DNA of 63,411 nt, from IMG/VR virus record IMGVR_UViG_3300030106_000472, positions 1 to 63,411 of that record. One strand, written 5' to 3'. Positions 16,139-25,943 of the stretch are shown here, in pieces (positions within the stretch are counted from its first letter, which is position 1; each line of letters starts with the position of its first letter). The notes beneath the pieces were generated by a model. That model did not search any database, had not been told where the DNA came from, and saw only the letters and a program-made list of their open reading frames with translations. The DNA comes from a virus (lineage: Duplodnaviria > Caudoviricetes). The position numbers and the translations under genes are program-made.

Positions 16139-18003
16139 GTTTTTATTTCCTTTGTTTCGCCCCATGACACACCTAGTTCTTGATCCACTAATAGGGGAAC
16201 AGCAAGTTCGACACAGTTCTCCATTATTCTTGTTACTGTGTTAGCTTGTTCTGTGTTCTCTATTGAAATATCAACTTCATCGTGGACTTGTAGGTGAGGA
16301 ACTATTCCTTCCTCCCATAAACCTATCATTGCTAACTTAGTCATGTCAGCAGCAGAGCCTTGTATTAAACGATTTAGAGCCTTGTATGTGTATGACCTTT
16401 TTAAGTCTTCACCATATTTTTCTTTTGCCTCATCTAGAGGTAGAGGTAGAGTGCGTTCATATCTGCTTTCCCACAAATCGAAACGACAGTGTCTACCTGC
16501 GAACGTTTTGATATAGCCACGTTCCATAGCCACCCTTGCACATTGGTCTTGTAGAGCTCGAATAAAAGGAACGTTAGCGTGATACTGCTGAAATAAACTT
16601 TCAGCTTCTGTATCATCTATACCTAGTTCCTTAATTAACTTTTCTTTACCCATTCCATAACTTAATCCTAGATTAATTGTCTTAGCCTGTTTACGTGGTA
16701 TGTTAGCCATGTCTGCAACTATTTGATGAAAGTCTGCGTTATCGTCTCTGTATTGAGCGACTGCATTCTCAGCACCACTTAGTTTCATTTGATTAGCGTA
16801 ATGCACTGTTAATCTAGGTTCTTGTTGTGAATAATCAAACACACCCCACTGACACCCTTCTTCAGGAATAAACAACGAACGTATAAGGTTGCCTATTTCT
16901 GGGTCACGTGCAGGGACTTGTTGTAGATTAGGATTACTATAACTAAATCTACCACTGACTGTGCCGCCACGATCATTACGCATAGGATGTGCTTCTGCAT
17001 GTATCCTACCGTTAAATGCGTGTTCCATAATCATCTTATCGATAAACGTAGTTCTAGCTTTGTTGAGTTTTCTAGCTCTAACAATTAATTGCGGAAGTTC
17101 ATGTTCGTGACCTTCTAACCAGTCTTTTTGAAAACTAGCCATTCCCTTTTCTGTGCGAGGGAACCACAATTTATTTTTAGTAAAAATATTTTCAAGAGAA
17201 GCATTAGCCCATAGATTAACATCACTACCATACTTACGCTTTATCTCTACTTGTATTTTCTGTTCCTCAGTCGATAGTTGTTTACTAACTACTTCGGCTT
17301 TTTCTTCGTCTACTCTAACACCTCTCCATCGCATTTCTAATAGTAGAGGAATCAGCTTAGACTCCATTTCAAGTATTTTATCTAGTCCTTGTTCAGCTAT
17401 TTCTAGTTTGAGTTTATTCCATAACTTTAATGTAAGTGCTGCATCTTGTTGACCGTAAGGTCCAACATATTTAGCATGTAGCTTATACATTTCTGACTTA
17501 GGGTTGATACCGAAAGCCAACGCTGCATCTTGTAATAAAGACTCATCTTTCTTTTCATCACAGTAAGCAACACCTAAGTTATCAAGTGAATAAGAAAACC
17601 TGTTCTCGTTTATTAAGGGAGCCGCAACAATCGTATCGAGTATTTTACCTTTTACAATAATGCCTTCTCTTCTTAACCACCCTACATCGTAGAGAGCATT
17701 ATGAAATATAACGTCTCTCTTAGTAGAGTTGAGTAGATTTGTTAACCAACGTAGAACAATACCTTCATCTAGATTACCACCACCTTCATGACGGATAGGA
17801 AAATAACCAGACCAATTCTCTGTTGCTACTCCAACACCCACAATATGCCCACGACCTGTAGCCCATCCTGGACCACAAGTCGTTAGGTGAGGGTCATAAG
17901 TTTCTAAATCGATAGCCACTGTCTCTGTCTCAGAAAACTGAGGAAAGACATCAGGCACTGTCCAGGAACTTTCAGGAGCGAAAAGAGAATTCTGCAAGAT
18001 CAT
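16135..18003 (-). CDS. DNA polymerase family A with 3'-5' exonuclease
   Basis: ExoI IDLET, FHNALYD, motif A FDYSQQEPR, motif B RKQAKTINLGLSYG, motif C LQVHDE. Confidence 0.96.
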   Translation of the reverse strand: MILQNSLFAPESSWTVPDVFPQFSETETVAIDLETYDPHLTTCGPGWATGRGHIVGVGVATENWSGYFPIRHEGGGNLDEGIVLRWLTNLLNSTKRDVIFHNALYDVGWLRREGIIVKGKILDTIVAAPLINENRFSYSLDNLGVAYCDEKKDESLLQDAALAFGINPKSEMYKLHAKYVGPYGQQDAALTLKLWNKLKLEIAEQGLDKILEMESKLIPLLLEMRWRGVRVDEEKAEVVSKQLSTEEQKIQVEIKRKYGSDVNLWANASLENIFTKNKLWFPRTEKGMASFQKDWLEGHEHELPQLIVRARKLNKARTTFIDKMIMEHAFNGRIHAEAHPMRNDRGGTVSGRFSYSNPNLQQVPARDPEIGNLIRSLFIPEEGCQWGVFDYSQQEPRLTVHYANQMKLSGAENAVAQYRDDNADFHQIVADMANIPRKQAKTINLGLSYGMGKEKLIKELGIDDTEAESLFQQYHANVPFIRALQDQCARVAMERGYIKTFAGRHCRFDLWESRYERTLPLPLDEAKEKYGEDLKRSYTYKALNRLIQGSAADMTKLAMIGLWEEGIVPHLQVHDEVDISIENTEQANTVTRIMENCVELAVPLLVDQELGVSWGETKEIKT

Positions 18004-18317
18004 TTCTTCTTTTTAACCCTCACTACTTTTACTTTTGGTTTTTTAGCAGCTTTTTTCTTAGGTGCTTTACCACCTTCCCAAGCTTCGTTTACATCAGGAG
18101 TAGATTTGTCATCAGCGACATATCTTCCCTTTTTAGTCCTAGCACGTTTAGGTGTTACAGGCACTATACCTTCTTTTACATTCTTAGCCGATGTAAAAGG
18201 TTCAAGTTCTACCGTAGCCTCCTCTACTGCTGCTTTTACTATTTTTGCTTTTGCAACTTCATCCACCTTTACTGGCGGAGGTGTTATAAAAGATAAAAAT
18301 TTTGACCACCAACCCAT
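18000..18317 (-). CDS. basic hypothetical protein
   Basis: GAGGAGG SD before ATG 18317; RARTKKGRYVADDKSTPDVNEAW motif. Confidence 0.7.
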   Translation of the reverse strand: MGWWSKFLSFITPPPVKVDEVAKAKIVKAAVEEATVELEPFTSAKNVKEGIVPVTPKRARTKKGRYVADDKSTPDVNEAWEGGKAPKKKAAKKPKVKVVRVKKKK

Positions 18318-18318
18318 A

Positions 18319-18678
18319 TTAGTCCTCCTCTCTGTTTTCTTCAACAGAGTAATTTACATCATCAGCTTCTTCTACTAGGTTTTCTATATTAGTAGTATTA
18401 GTCATGATGTGTTCTTCAGTTAATAATAAATACCTACGCAAATCCCGTATATCATCGAGTAGACCTGCCTCGCCTTTATAGACTTCACCTGCCTCGAATA
18501 TATCCCAACCATGCTTTTCAGCTTGGTGCTCGATCCTATCGAACTTACGTGCTAACATCATAAAAGCACCTACACCTCCACGACGTTTCCAAGAGTCGCC
18601 ATACGACGTTTCGGCTCGTTTAAGAGCTTCTAAATCGTTTTGAGCAGACTCTTTCATTTTTTCCCATTTATTACTCAT
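18319..18678 (-). CDS. nucleotide-modification-associated domain 1 (Nmad1)-like / all-alpha NTP pyrophosphatase-like protein
   Basis: YGDSWKRRGG.G...ARK.DR and D...DL..Y pattern; adjacent to the TS homolog. Confidence 0.7.
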   Translation of the reverse strand: MSNKWEKMKESAQNDLEALKRAETSYGDSWKRRGGVGAFMMLARKFDRIEHQAEKHGWDIFEAGEVYKGEAGLLDDIRDLRRYLLLTEEHIMTNTTNIENLVEEADDVNYSVEENREED

Positions 18679-19717
18679 GAGTTTCTCCTTCGTCCGTTTT
18701 GTTAATAATCGTCTTGTCTCTTTTACGGACCCAATCGAAACAAGCCGTTCTCCAATCAGAAGCTTTTATCAAATTTATCTTGTCGTAGACTTCTTTAAAA
18801 TTCTTCATTTTATATGCTGCATAAACCTCCATCATAGGAATCGCTATATCAGTAAACGCGGGGTTGACCCAACCGTGATCATAAGAACTTATGTCCATAG
18901 GATGCATATTAAAAAATCTATTAAGTTCCCAATCTAACACAAACATATCTTTGAATAATAAACTAGGCTTATAATCCTTTAGAGTATCATAAGGATTCTT
19001 TATATCTCTATACGTGTATACATCTATCTCCATATGTTTAACTTTGTCCCAAACAGGGTTCAAATAAATATGAAAACTATCACTAACTTGTCTATACACA
19101 CCAACCTCGACCTCTAGATGAGCAGCTATGTATTCTTGTAATACTGACATGTGAACCACGTTAGCACCATAAGCCCCCCACAACATATCGTTTGATCGAT
19201 TACATACTGTCATGTTTAATTTGTTATCTCGTATCTTAAAATAAATGTTAGTATTACAAGGAACATCTTTGCCTTGTTTATCTAAATCATGAACTGCATC
19301 CCACATTTGTAAAACAGCACGTCTGTCTTCAGGATTCTTTTGTAACATTTTAACAATAACATCTAACTGATTTTTAAGAAAATACGTTCTCCATCTATAA
19401 CCATAGGCTCCCCATAAAGTCTCGCCATCATCTGAAAAATCTGCCATAGATTTAACAAAATAAGTTAAGGGTTTTAAATCGTTATGTCCTGCTAACATCC
19501 AAAGACTTTCTACGAAGTGGAAAAAAGGATTAGCATCTCTTTGTTTAATTAAACATACTCGTTCACAAGGTTTACTATAAACTGTTGTGACAGGCTCTAA
19601 AGCCTCATATGTTGTTCCATTACGACTTTCTTGTACTCTATAAGATGTATCATCTAAAAATAAATCGATACCAAGTAACATAGCATCGTTTACATTTCTT
19701 GCGTTAATCACCCTCAT
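18671..19717 (-). CDS. thymidylate synthase homolog, probable dUMP hydroxymethylase
   Basis: SRNG, RDANPFFH, GAYG.RWR, catalytic PCN, RSND..WG.YGAN, SFHIY. Confidence 0.85.
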   Translation of the reverse strand: MRVINARNVNDAMLLGIDLFLDDTSYRVQESRNGTTYEALEPVTTVYSKPCERVCLIKQRDANPFFHFVESLWMLAGHNDLKPLTYFVKSMADFSDDGETLWGAYGYRWRTYFLKNQLDVIVKMLQKNPEDRRAVLQMWDAVHDLDKQGKDVPCNTNIYFKIRDNKLNMTVCNRSNDMLWGAYGANVVHMSVLQEYIAAHLEVEVGVYRQVSDSFHIYLNPVWDKVKHMEIDVYTYRDIKNPYDTLKDYKPSLLFKDMFVLDWELNRFFNMHPMDISSYDHGWVNPAFTDIAIPMMEVYAAYKMKNFKEVYDKINLIKASDWRTACFDWVRKRDKTIINKTDEGETHE

Positions 19718-19935
19718 AATGTATCCTGATACCCGTCTATTATTTCACCGATAAGAAAACTTATCTCACTTTCATTTAATCCAGGAAGTTTTCTCTTTAT
19801 AAAAGCTACAGCCATTTTATGGTCAGCAGCAACCTTTAAAAAGAAAGCAACTTCTAAGAACTGGGTATAATATATGTCAACCGAGTCGCCCCAATCTTCT
19901 AAAAGCTCAACTGAATATTCGTTAACTTTTCCCAT
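19714..19935 (-). CDS. hypothetical protein in modification cluster
   Basis: Overlapping start/stop with both neighbours. Confidence 0.65.
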   Translation of the reverse strand: MGKVNEYSVELLEDWGDSVDIYYTQFLEVAFFLKVAADHKMAVAFIKRKLPGLNESEISFLIGEIIDGYQDTL

Positions 19936-20854
19936 ATTTACTTTCTCCTTCTATTAAATCTTCTACTATAGGAAGATTATTTTGTTTATATATAGACCTT
20001 GTTCTGCCTTCTCCTCTGAGAATACGTGAGTATTTATCGAACTCACAAAGTCCTCCTTCTATTTCGCGTAACTCATATAATCTATCGTTACGCATGGTTA
20101 TATGTGGTGGTAGTCTATCCACAACCAGTGCATATAACTCTTGCATTTCTCTATTCCAATCATGACTACGATGAGAAAAATCTAATTTTCTGCCTGTTAA
20201 CCTGTTAAGTCCTCGCATAGCTCCTGGACCTGCATTAGCCCACGTCATAATATCTGTAGCTTCATCCAACACATACGTATGTCTTAAATCAGTAACTACC
20301 TCGTATGCCATAAATGGACCCATGTATGGGTATTGTGTTAGTAGAGTCCAAGCAGACTTTAAAGAACTTATTCCCTCTCCTTTATCAAACTCTAAGCGTT
20401 TAATTAACCAAGTCTTTTCTGCCCATAAATTATTTATACAATCAACAACACCTGTAACCTTATCCATACCGTTTGGTGTTTTAATAATATAAGAACCAGT
20501 AATCCACTGAGGTTGTTCTGTTATAAGTTTGATAGCTTTATCACCGTCCCAGTTCACTAATAAGTCATTCTCTATAAGCGTTCTACCTGTAGGTATAAAA
20601 TTAAACCAACGAAAAATAATCGTAGCCATAATAACATCTGAACTATTTGCTAGAGGTTCTCTAATATGTGTTCTAAACCACCTAGTCGTTCTGTCATCTT
20701 CTCGGAATACTTGACAAAATTTAAACTCTTGCAAAATAGGGTCGTCTGTCCAAGGTGGAGAAAATTTAGACTCTTCTTTTTGAAGTCTAATCTTCTCCCT
20801 CTCTGTTTGCCAATAGCAAAAACGATTTACTTCTTCTGCAAGAAACTCAGTCAT
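19922..20854 (-). CDS. 5-hmdU DNA kinase helical domain (aGPT-Pplase1 family)
   Basis: ER..I..K...PWTDDPILQ.FKFC.VFREDDRTT.W, FRWFN, GPFMAYEVVTDL, GPGA.RGL, IE..LCEFDKY.R. Confidence 0.85.
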   Translation of the reverse strand: MTEFLAEEVNRFCYWQTEREKIRLQKEESKFSPPWTDDPILQEFKFCQVFREDDRTTRWFRTHIREPLANSSDVIMATIIFRWFNFIPTGRTLIENDLLVNWDGDKAIKLITEQPQWITGSYIIKTPNGMDKVTGVVDCINNLWAEKTWLIKRLEFDKGEGISSLKSAWTLLTQYPYMGPFMAYEVVTDLRHTYVLDEATDIMTWANAGPGAMRGLNRLTGRKLDFSHRSHDWNREMQELYALVVDRLPPHITMRNDRLYELREIEGGLCEFDKYSRILRGEGRTRSIYKQNNLPIVEDLIEGESKYGKS

Positions 20855-21765
20855 TACTTTTTCCTTAAAACCCAAGAACAGTTGTTAGCGTACTCAGGGT
20901 ATGGTGTTGCTGCTACTACACGTAAAAACTGTCTACCATACCTAGACTCTAACATTTCTAATTGTTCAGGTGACCATGCTCTAGGGTATCGTTTTACATT
21001 TGAATAAGTAGGTATTCCATCTACAGAAGGTTCTACTTGTTCCTTCATAGCTTTCCTTAGATTAGGAAGTTGTATAAACGTTCCTGTAACATCTACTATT
21101 TCAAAATTACGTTCTAGTTCTTGTTTAAGTTCTTCAAAACCCCACTCATATACGTGGTCTTCAGGTAGTTTATCGTTAGAACCGTCATGGTTAGGTGTAG
21201 ACACAAAAGCCAATGCGTTAGGTCTCATTGTCCTAGCGGCATCGTCTAACCAAGGACCAACAAACTGTCTCCCCATGTGTTCAATAACTTCAGTAGTCCA
21301 GAAAAAGTCTATACTTTCATCAGCTATATCAAATATTTGTTTAGGGTTTTGAAGGTCTCTTATTACAGTTAAGTCTTGTATTCTTATTTCTCCGTTAAAG
21401 TTTTTAAACCATGTAGAGTCTTTTAAAGGCTCTCCACCATTAGACCAAAAAGGGTTTTCTAACTCACATGCAGGATCAATATCGTAGCCAAGATAAGAAG
21501 CAATAACATCTGATTTCTTTATGACATATGCTTTATATAAATTTCTTAAAGTCCAACACTCACCACAACCTACTTCAAAAGTATCTAGTGGTCTACCTAA
21601 CCGCTTAGCTTCTTCAATACACATAGAAGCTATCTTATCGAAACGACTCATATGAGCTATCTCATCTGGTCTCCAGTTTGCTAGTACACCTGCACTAGCT
21701 ATATCCATTCTTGTATTTTTACTGTCGTTTTCATTAACAGTTAATTTCTTTCTTATTGATGACAT
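20854..21765 (-). CDS. class I SAM-dependent methyltransferase
   Basis: EVGCG motif I, GYDID, EVIEH, STPN, H..EW...EL. Confidence 0.85.
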   Translation of the reverse strand: MSSIRKKLTVNENDSKNTRMDIASAGVLANWRPDEIAHMSRFDKIASMCIEEAKRLGRPLDTFEVGCGECWTLRNLYKAYVIKKSDVIASYLGYDIDPACELENPFWSNGGEPLKDSTWFKNFNGEIRIQDLTVIRDLQNPKQIFDIADESIDFFWTTEVIEHMGRQFVGPWLDDAARTMRPNALAFVSTPNHDGSNDKLPEDHVYEWGFEELKQELERNFEIVDVTGTFIQLPNLRKAMKEQVEPSVDGIPTYSNVKRYPRAWSPEQLEMLESRYGRQFLRVVAATPYPEYANNCSWVLRKK

Positions 21766-22256
21766 TATTGATTTACCTCCCACCAACTTGGTTTATTTCT
21801 ACCCTTTTCCCATTTAGCGTAATGTTTTTCGTTTATAACATAATTACGATAAGCGAGAATAGAGTCCTCGTTTTTATACTCATCTGGCATAGCTTGTGCT
21901 ACGTCAGTCATGAGACCTCTAGTAATGTTTTTAGGCATTACATATAAAGCATCAGCTAATTTTTTAACACTAGCATGAGTACGTTTGTAGCGATAAGAAT
22001 ACTCATTACCTAACGCTAAAAAATGTTTATAGAGCCACCAGTAGTTACCACTACATTCTCTAGCCCATATGGTGCACGGATGATTCATGTAAGCTTTCTT
22101 GTATAAACCAACTTCGTCTGCATAATCATCTCCGTCTAATATTCGGTGAGCAGTGCATAACATCTGTGCAGTTTCTAGAGGCATCTTGACCAACATCTTG
22201 TCGGGCTGAGCTTTAGCAGAAACTACAGGATCCTCACTAAAATAAAATATGTTCAT
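21765..22256 (-). CDS. pyrimidine-dimer glycosylase (DenV)-related protein
   Basis: MNIFY..DP..A...DK..VKM.LE.AQML.TAH, NHPCT.W, EY..RY..H, QAMPD.YK...AYR.Y. Confidence 0.75.
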   Translation of the reverse strand: MNIFYFSEDPVVSAKAQPDKMLVKMPLETAQMLCTAHRILDGDDYADEVGLYKKAYMNHPCTIWARECSGNYWWLYKHFLALGNEYSYRYKRTHASVKKLADALYVMPKNITRGLMTDVAQAMPDEYKNEDSILAYRNYVINEKHYAKWEKGRNKPSWWEVNQ

Positions 22257-22295
22257 GGTTTTCTCCTTTCTTTAAACATAGAATATATAATAACC

Positions 22296-22325
22296 TTTAT
22301 ACTTTACTTTTATATGCAAAGTAAA
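22296..22325 (-). promoter_or_regulatory. sigma70-like promoter for the modification cluster
   Basis: TTTACT-18-TATAAA followed by SD AGAAAGGAGAAA. Confidence 0.5.
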
Positions 22326-22331
22326 GAACTT

Positions 22332-23828
22332 TTATATTTGATAGTGCCGTGGCGATTTAGGCTCAATCAGATATAAATTTTCTTTTGTCCTCGTTATACC
22401 AACATAAAACACCCTGTTTTCATCATCAGGATTTTGTTGATAGTTTTTATATACTCTAGTCGTTATGTCCGTTAACAGCACTACGTTGGTAGCTTCGCCT
22501 CCTTTAGCGGCATGAATAGTAGACAATCGTATACGTGGTTGTTTTGTTATTTTTTCTCCTCTACGTAACATAGCTCTTATATAACTTATCTCGCTAGGAC
22601 TTAGTAGAGTAAAAACGTCATACCAATGACCATCAGGTAAATCAGAAAAGTGTTCTTTTAGGTCTTGATATTGAAATGTTAAATTAGAATCTAACATATC
22701 TAACTTCTTATGTTTTTCTACTTTTACAAACTTTAATATATTAGCTGATTCGGTAAGACTTATAGACTCTCCTTTTCGTAACCTTTCCCAATATATGACA
22801 GCTCTCACTTTTGCTTCAGATATACTTGGTCTGCCTTTTACCTCGAAAAACCATCCCTCGTTTCTACAATACTCATCTACGTCTTCTAATAAGTAATTAG
22901 TTCTAGCTAAGACTAACCAATCTCCTTTTTCCATGTTTACTAGTTCTATGTTAGGTTCCCACCTAACCATCCCTTGTTCTTTTCTAGGTGTCCATTCCTT
23001 ATATATCCTAGATCGAACTTGACCAATACATTGTCTAGCGACCTCATGAACAGCAGCAGGGACACGATAAGACTGCTCTAACACTAAAGCATCTTTTGAG
23101 TTTTGTATCAAATAATCAACATCGGCTCCTGCCCACTTGTATATAGCTTGATCATCATCACCTGCTACATATATCTTCTTAGCTTTTTCTGCAATCTTGC
23201 GTACTACAGCCCATTGTAAAGGTGATAAATCTTGAGCTTCGTCTACAAACATAACATTTAGTTCTGGTATATCTCCTTCTTCTAAAAACTTATGTAACAT
23301 ATCCGTGTAGTCAACTAACAACCTGTCTTCTTTAAATAACTGTAATCCTTTAGCAAAACGCTCTAGTTCAAACCAACCCACAGCGTCTTCTACATCATGC
23401 CATTGTTCTTTTAACGGCACATTACGCATCCTAGCTAAGTTCTCTATAAACGCTAATCTATCATCATGAGTCATACCAAATATATGACCATCATCAGATG
23501 TCGTTCTTCCTGTAAGTCGTAAATTAAGTTTGTCGTTTAAGTCTTTTATGTCTGTATGACTTACTACACTTTCTCTTGTTAAACCTAGTTGTCTAAAAGC
23601 TAACGAGTGTAACGTTCTAAAGAAAGGAAGTTCTTTATCGCTGATATTGAACTTAGTCATGGCTCTTTGCTTACCTTCGTTCACTGCTTTTTTAGTAAAT
23701 GTAAAAAACCCGATAGAATCAGGGCTAGTGCCGTTTTGTAATTCGTCTTCTATAAGCCCGAGTAGAGTGCTCGTCTTGCCTGTTCCAGGAGGTCCAAGAA
23801 TAACTTGTGTGTGGCTAGGTAACGTCAT
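22332..23828 (-). CDS. SF1 (UvrD/Rep-like) helicase
   Basis: GPPGTGKT, TFTKKA, RTLHS, VDEAQD, GDDDQAIY, QSYR, STIHAAKGGE, YVGITR. Confidence 0.92.
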   Translation of the reverse strand: MTLPSHTQVILGPPGTGKTSTLLGLIEDELQNGTSPDSIGFFTFTKKAVNEGKQRAMTKFNISDKELPFFRTLHSLAFRQLGLTRESVVSHTDIKDLNDKLNLRLTGRTTSDDGHIFGMTHDDRLAFIENLARMRNVPLKEQWHDVEDAVGWFELERFAKGLQLFKEDRLLVDYTDMLHKFLEEGDIPELNVMFVDEAQDLSPLQWAVVRKIAEKAKKIYVAGDDDQAIYKWAGADVDYLIQNSKDALVLEQSYRVPAAVHEVARQCIGQVRSRIYKEWTPRKEQGMVRWEPNIELVNMEKGDWLVLARTNYLLEDVDEYCRNEGWFFEVKGRPSISEAKVRAVIYWERLRKGESISLTESANILKFVKVEKHKKLDMLDSNLTFQYQDLKEHFSDLPDGHWYDVFTLLSPSEISYIRAMLRRGEKITKQPRIRLSTIHAAKGGEATNVVLLTDITTRVYKNYQQNPDDENRVFYVGITRTKENLYLIEPKSPRHYQI

Positions 23829-24409
23829 AAACCACTTCTAAAAGTTAAATTGATTCTTTCACCTGCTTTTTCTAAATCAGGAACAGCGTGAGTAGACGTC
23901 ATTTGATTATGTCCGTCAAACATTAAAACATCACCATGCTCTAGTAAAAAGAACTGTTCATTTATTAAAAAGTTTTCTTTCCTGACCTCTATCTCACTGG
24001 TGTCTGTTTGCATTTTAATTGAGTTCTCATACGTTCTTTGAACAAAAACTCTAGGAGCACCTAACGAAATTGAAACAACGATATCGTCTAATGTAGGAAC
24101 CGTGTCTGAATGATGAGGAATCCCTTTGCCATCAGTACCGTAGTAACCACATAAACAAAACGTAAATTGTTTATCAACTCCTAACTCATTCCACACAAGT
24201 TTTTCTGCTTTTTGTTTGATATGATACATAGAGTCAGTCCAAGGAGTAGGCTTATACAACTTACCTGCGTAGTCAAAAGAAGAACTACCAAAACCTTTTG
24301 TAGGTCTGCCTTTTACAACTTTGCCTTTAAACTTTCTTTCTCTAGGCTTGTCCCATTCTGTAATATTTGGGTCGCAGTTTTCAAAATATTTTTTAATATA
24401 AATGATCAT
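23825..24409 (-). CDS. AlkB-family 2OG-Fe(II) dioxygenase
   Basis: HSD (HxD), SISLGAPR.F, HAVP, RINLTFR. Confidence 0.88.
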   Translation of the reverse strand: MIIYIKKYFENCDPNITEWDKPRERKFKGKVVKGRPTKGFGSSSFDYAGKLYKPTPWTDSMYHIKQKAEKLVWNELGVDKQFTFCLCGYYGTDGKGIPHHSDTVPTLDDIVVSISLGAPRVFVQRTYENSIKMQTDTSEIEVRKENFLINEQFFLLEHGDVLMFDGHNQMTSTHAVPDLEKAGERINLTFRSGL

Positions 24410-25929
24410 AATAAATTATCGTTAAACTCTGGTAAGTCATGAGACTCATCCTGTGCTTTAAACTCTTGTATAAACCATACATTTACACCTTTGCCTTTTA
24501 TGTTGAAAAAGTACGGCTCTCCCTCTAACTGTTTTAATCGTGCTGTTAGTTTATTTCTTTGATACTCTTTAAAATTATTTCTGTGTAAGTAATCCATCAA
24601 ATCCATAAGCCTAAAATAAGTTCTACCTTTGTTTGTCCAAGGTTTATGTAATAGCAATTCATCACGTTCTCTAGCAGGTCTTTCCGTACAGAAAGCTTCT
24701 AATAACTCCATAAAATAACCCTCTGTAGAACTTTCTTTAGGAACTTCTACTATTGTTATAGAGTCTAATAACTGTTGTATGATTTGATTCCAGACGTTTT
24801 CTTTTACCTTTGGAGGTATTTTATTTAAAGCATCCATACACTTACGTTGAAACCTGTTTTGATTTAACAGATCATCTGTCTCTAATTCTAGTCTACCTCC
24901 CTCTACATCAAGAAACCATATCGGTGGATCGCTATCCTGTTTTGTAAGGTTACTGAACAAAGGTGTACCGCCGTTAGCACCAATACCAAACTTACGAGTT
25001 CTACATAAAGGGCTATTACAATGACTTGCTATAGGTTGGTCATTACATCTATAAAAATAGTCTTTTCTTTGTAACTGTTTACCTACGGTTAAAACTTCTT
25101 GTGCCCCTAGTGGAGGTTGCATATATTTTATGTTTACATCTTCTAATCTTTTTTCCCAATCATCAGGAAACTTTTTACGTAAAAACACACCTACATTAAA
25201 CAATCCTGAATTTCTTGATCCTTCAGGAAATCCTTGAACAACTAAATGTTGTATACATGGTGGGGCTTGGTCTAACCACTCCATAGTTTCATTTAAGGGA
25301 CTAGCTTCTAATCTTTCTAATGTGCTAGGTTTTAGTTCTATTTCATTACAATAGTTTAAAAATTCTTCTGGGGTTAACGCTTGTCCTTCTTTTCCATAAG
25401 CGTATCTAGTAGAGTTCTCTCCACCAAAATAAGGCATATTTAATGTACTGCCTCTGTCTCCTCTATCTAACAATAGTTTAGTTTGTTTAGGGAATATCTC
25501 TACTTGTCCATACCCTATCGCAGCAGCAATCTGTCTTAGTTTTCTTTGTACCATTGATGCTGCTACTGGTTCACTAAGGAACATATAGATGTGTGCTCCA
25601 CCGCTTTTACTACGGCAAAGAACCAATGGTAACTCCTGCTTGGCTATTTTGATTGCTAAATCTTTTAAATCTAGCTGATACTCGTCAACGTCGATGGCAC
25701 CCCAGACACATTTATTGTCCTCGTCTATCGCTACAATCCCTACACTTTGTTGACCAGACAAATGGTCTTCCCATAACTTTAATAAGTCGTCGTCTGACAA
25801 CTCCTTAGAAATAGTAATGTTTTTACCACTTGCCTTGCCATCCTCTCTAGTTTCATTGTTAGCTGTAAAAGTTCCATACGCTTGACGTAGTCCCGCATAG
25901 CGTACAGCAAACTCCTTTGCTAACGACAT
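24406..25929 (-). CDS. primase (AEP-like with PriCT-like domain)
   Basis: WGAIDVD (DxD), RSKSGGAH, EIFPKQ, NMPY, PPC...EGSRN..LF. Confidence 0.8.
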   Translation of the reverse strand: MSLAKEFAVRYAGLRQAYGTFTANNETREDGKASGKNITISKELSDDDLLKLWEDHLSGQQSVGIVAIDEDNKCVWGAIDVDEYQLDLKDLAIKIAKQELPLVLCRSKSGGAHIYMFLSEPVAASMVQRKLRQIAAAIGYGQVEIFPKQTKLLLDRGDRGSTLNMPYFGGENSTRYAYGKEGQALTPEEFLNYCNEIELKPSTLERLEASPLNETMEWLDQAPPCIQHLVVQGFPEGSRNSGLFNVGVFLRKKFPDDWEKRLEDVNIKYMQPPLGAQEVLTVGKQLQRKDYFYRCNDQPIASHCNSPLCRTRKFGIGANGGTPLFSNLTKQDSDPPIWFLDVEGGRLELETDDLLNQNRFQRKCMDALNKIPPKVKENVWNQIIQQLLDSITIVEVPKESSTEGYFMELLEAFCTERPARERDELLLHKPWTNKGRTYFRLMDLMDYLHRNNFKEYQRNKLTARLKQLEGEPYFFNIKGKGVNVWFIQEFKAQDESHDLPEFNDNLL

Positions 25930-25943
25930 ACAATATCCCCTTG

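Noticed and set aside
16135-18003. Intein, intron or DnaJ-like insertion in PolA (TerL also checked)
   Set aside because: Motifs are contiguous at normal spacing, with no splice-junction or CxxCxGxG repeat motifs.
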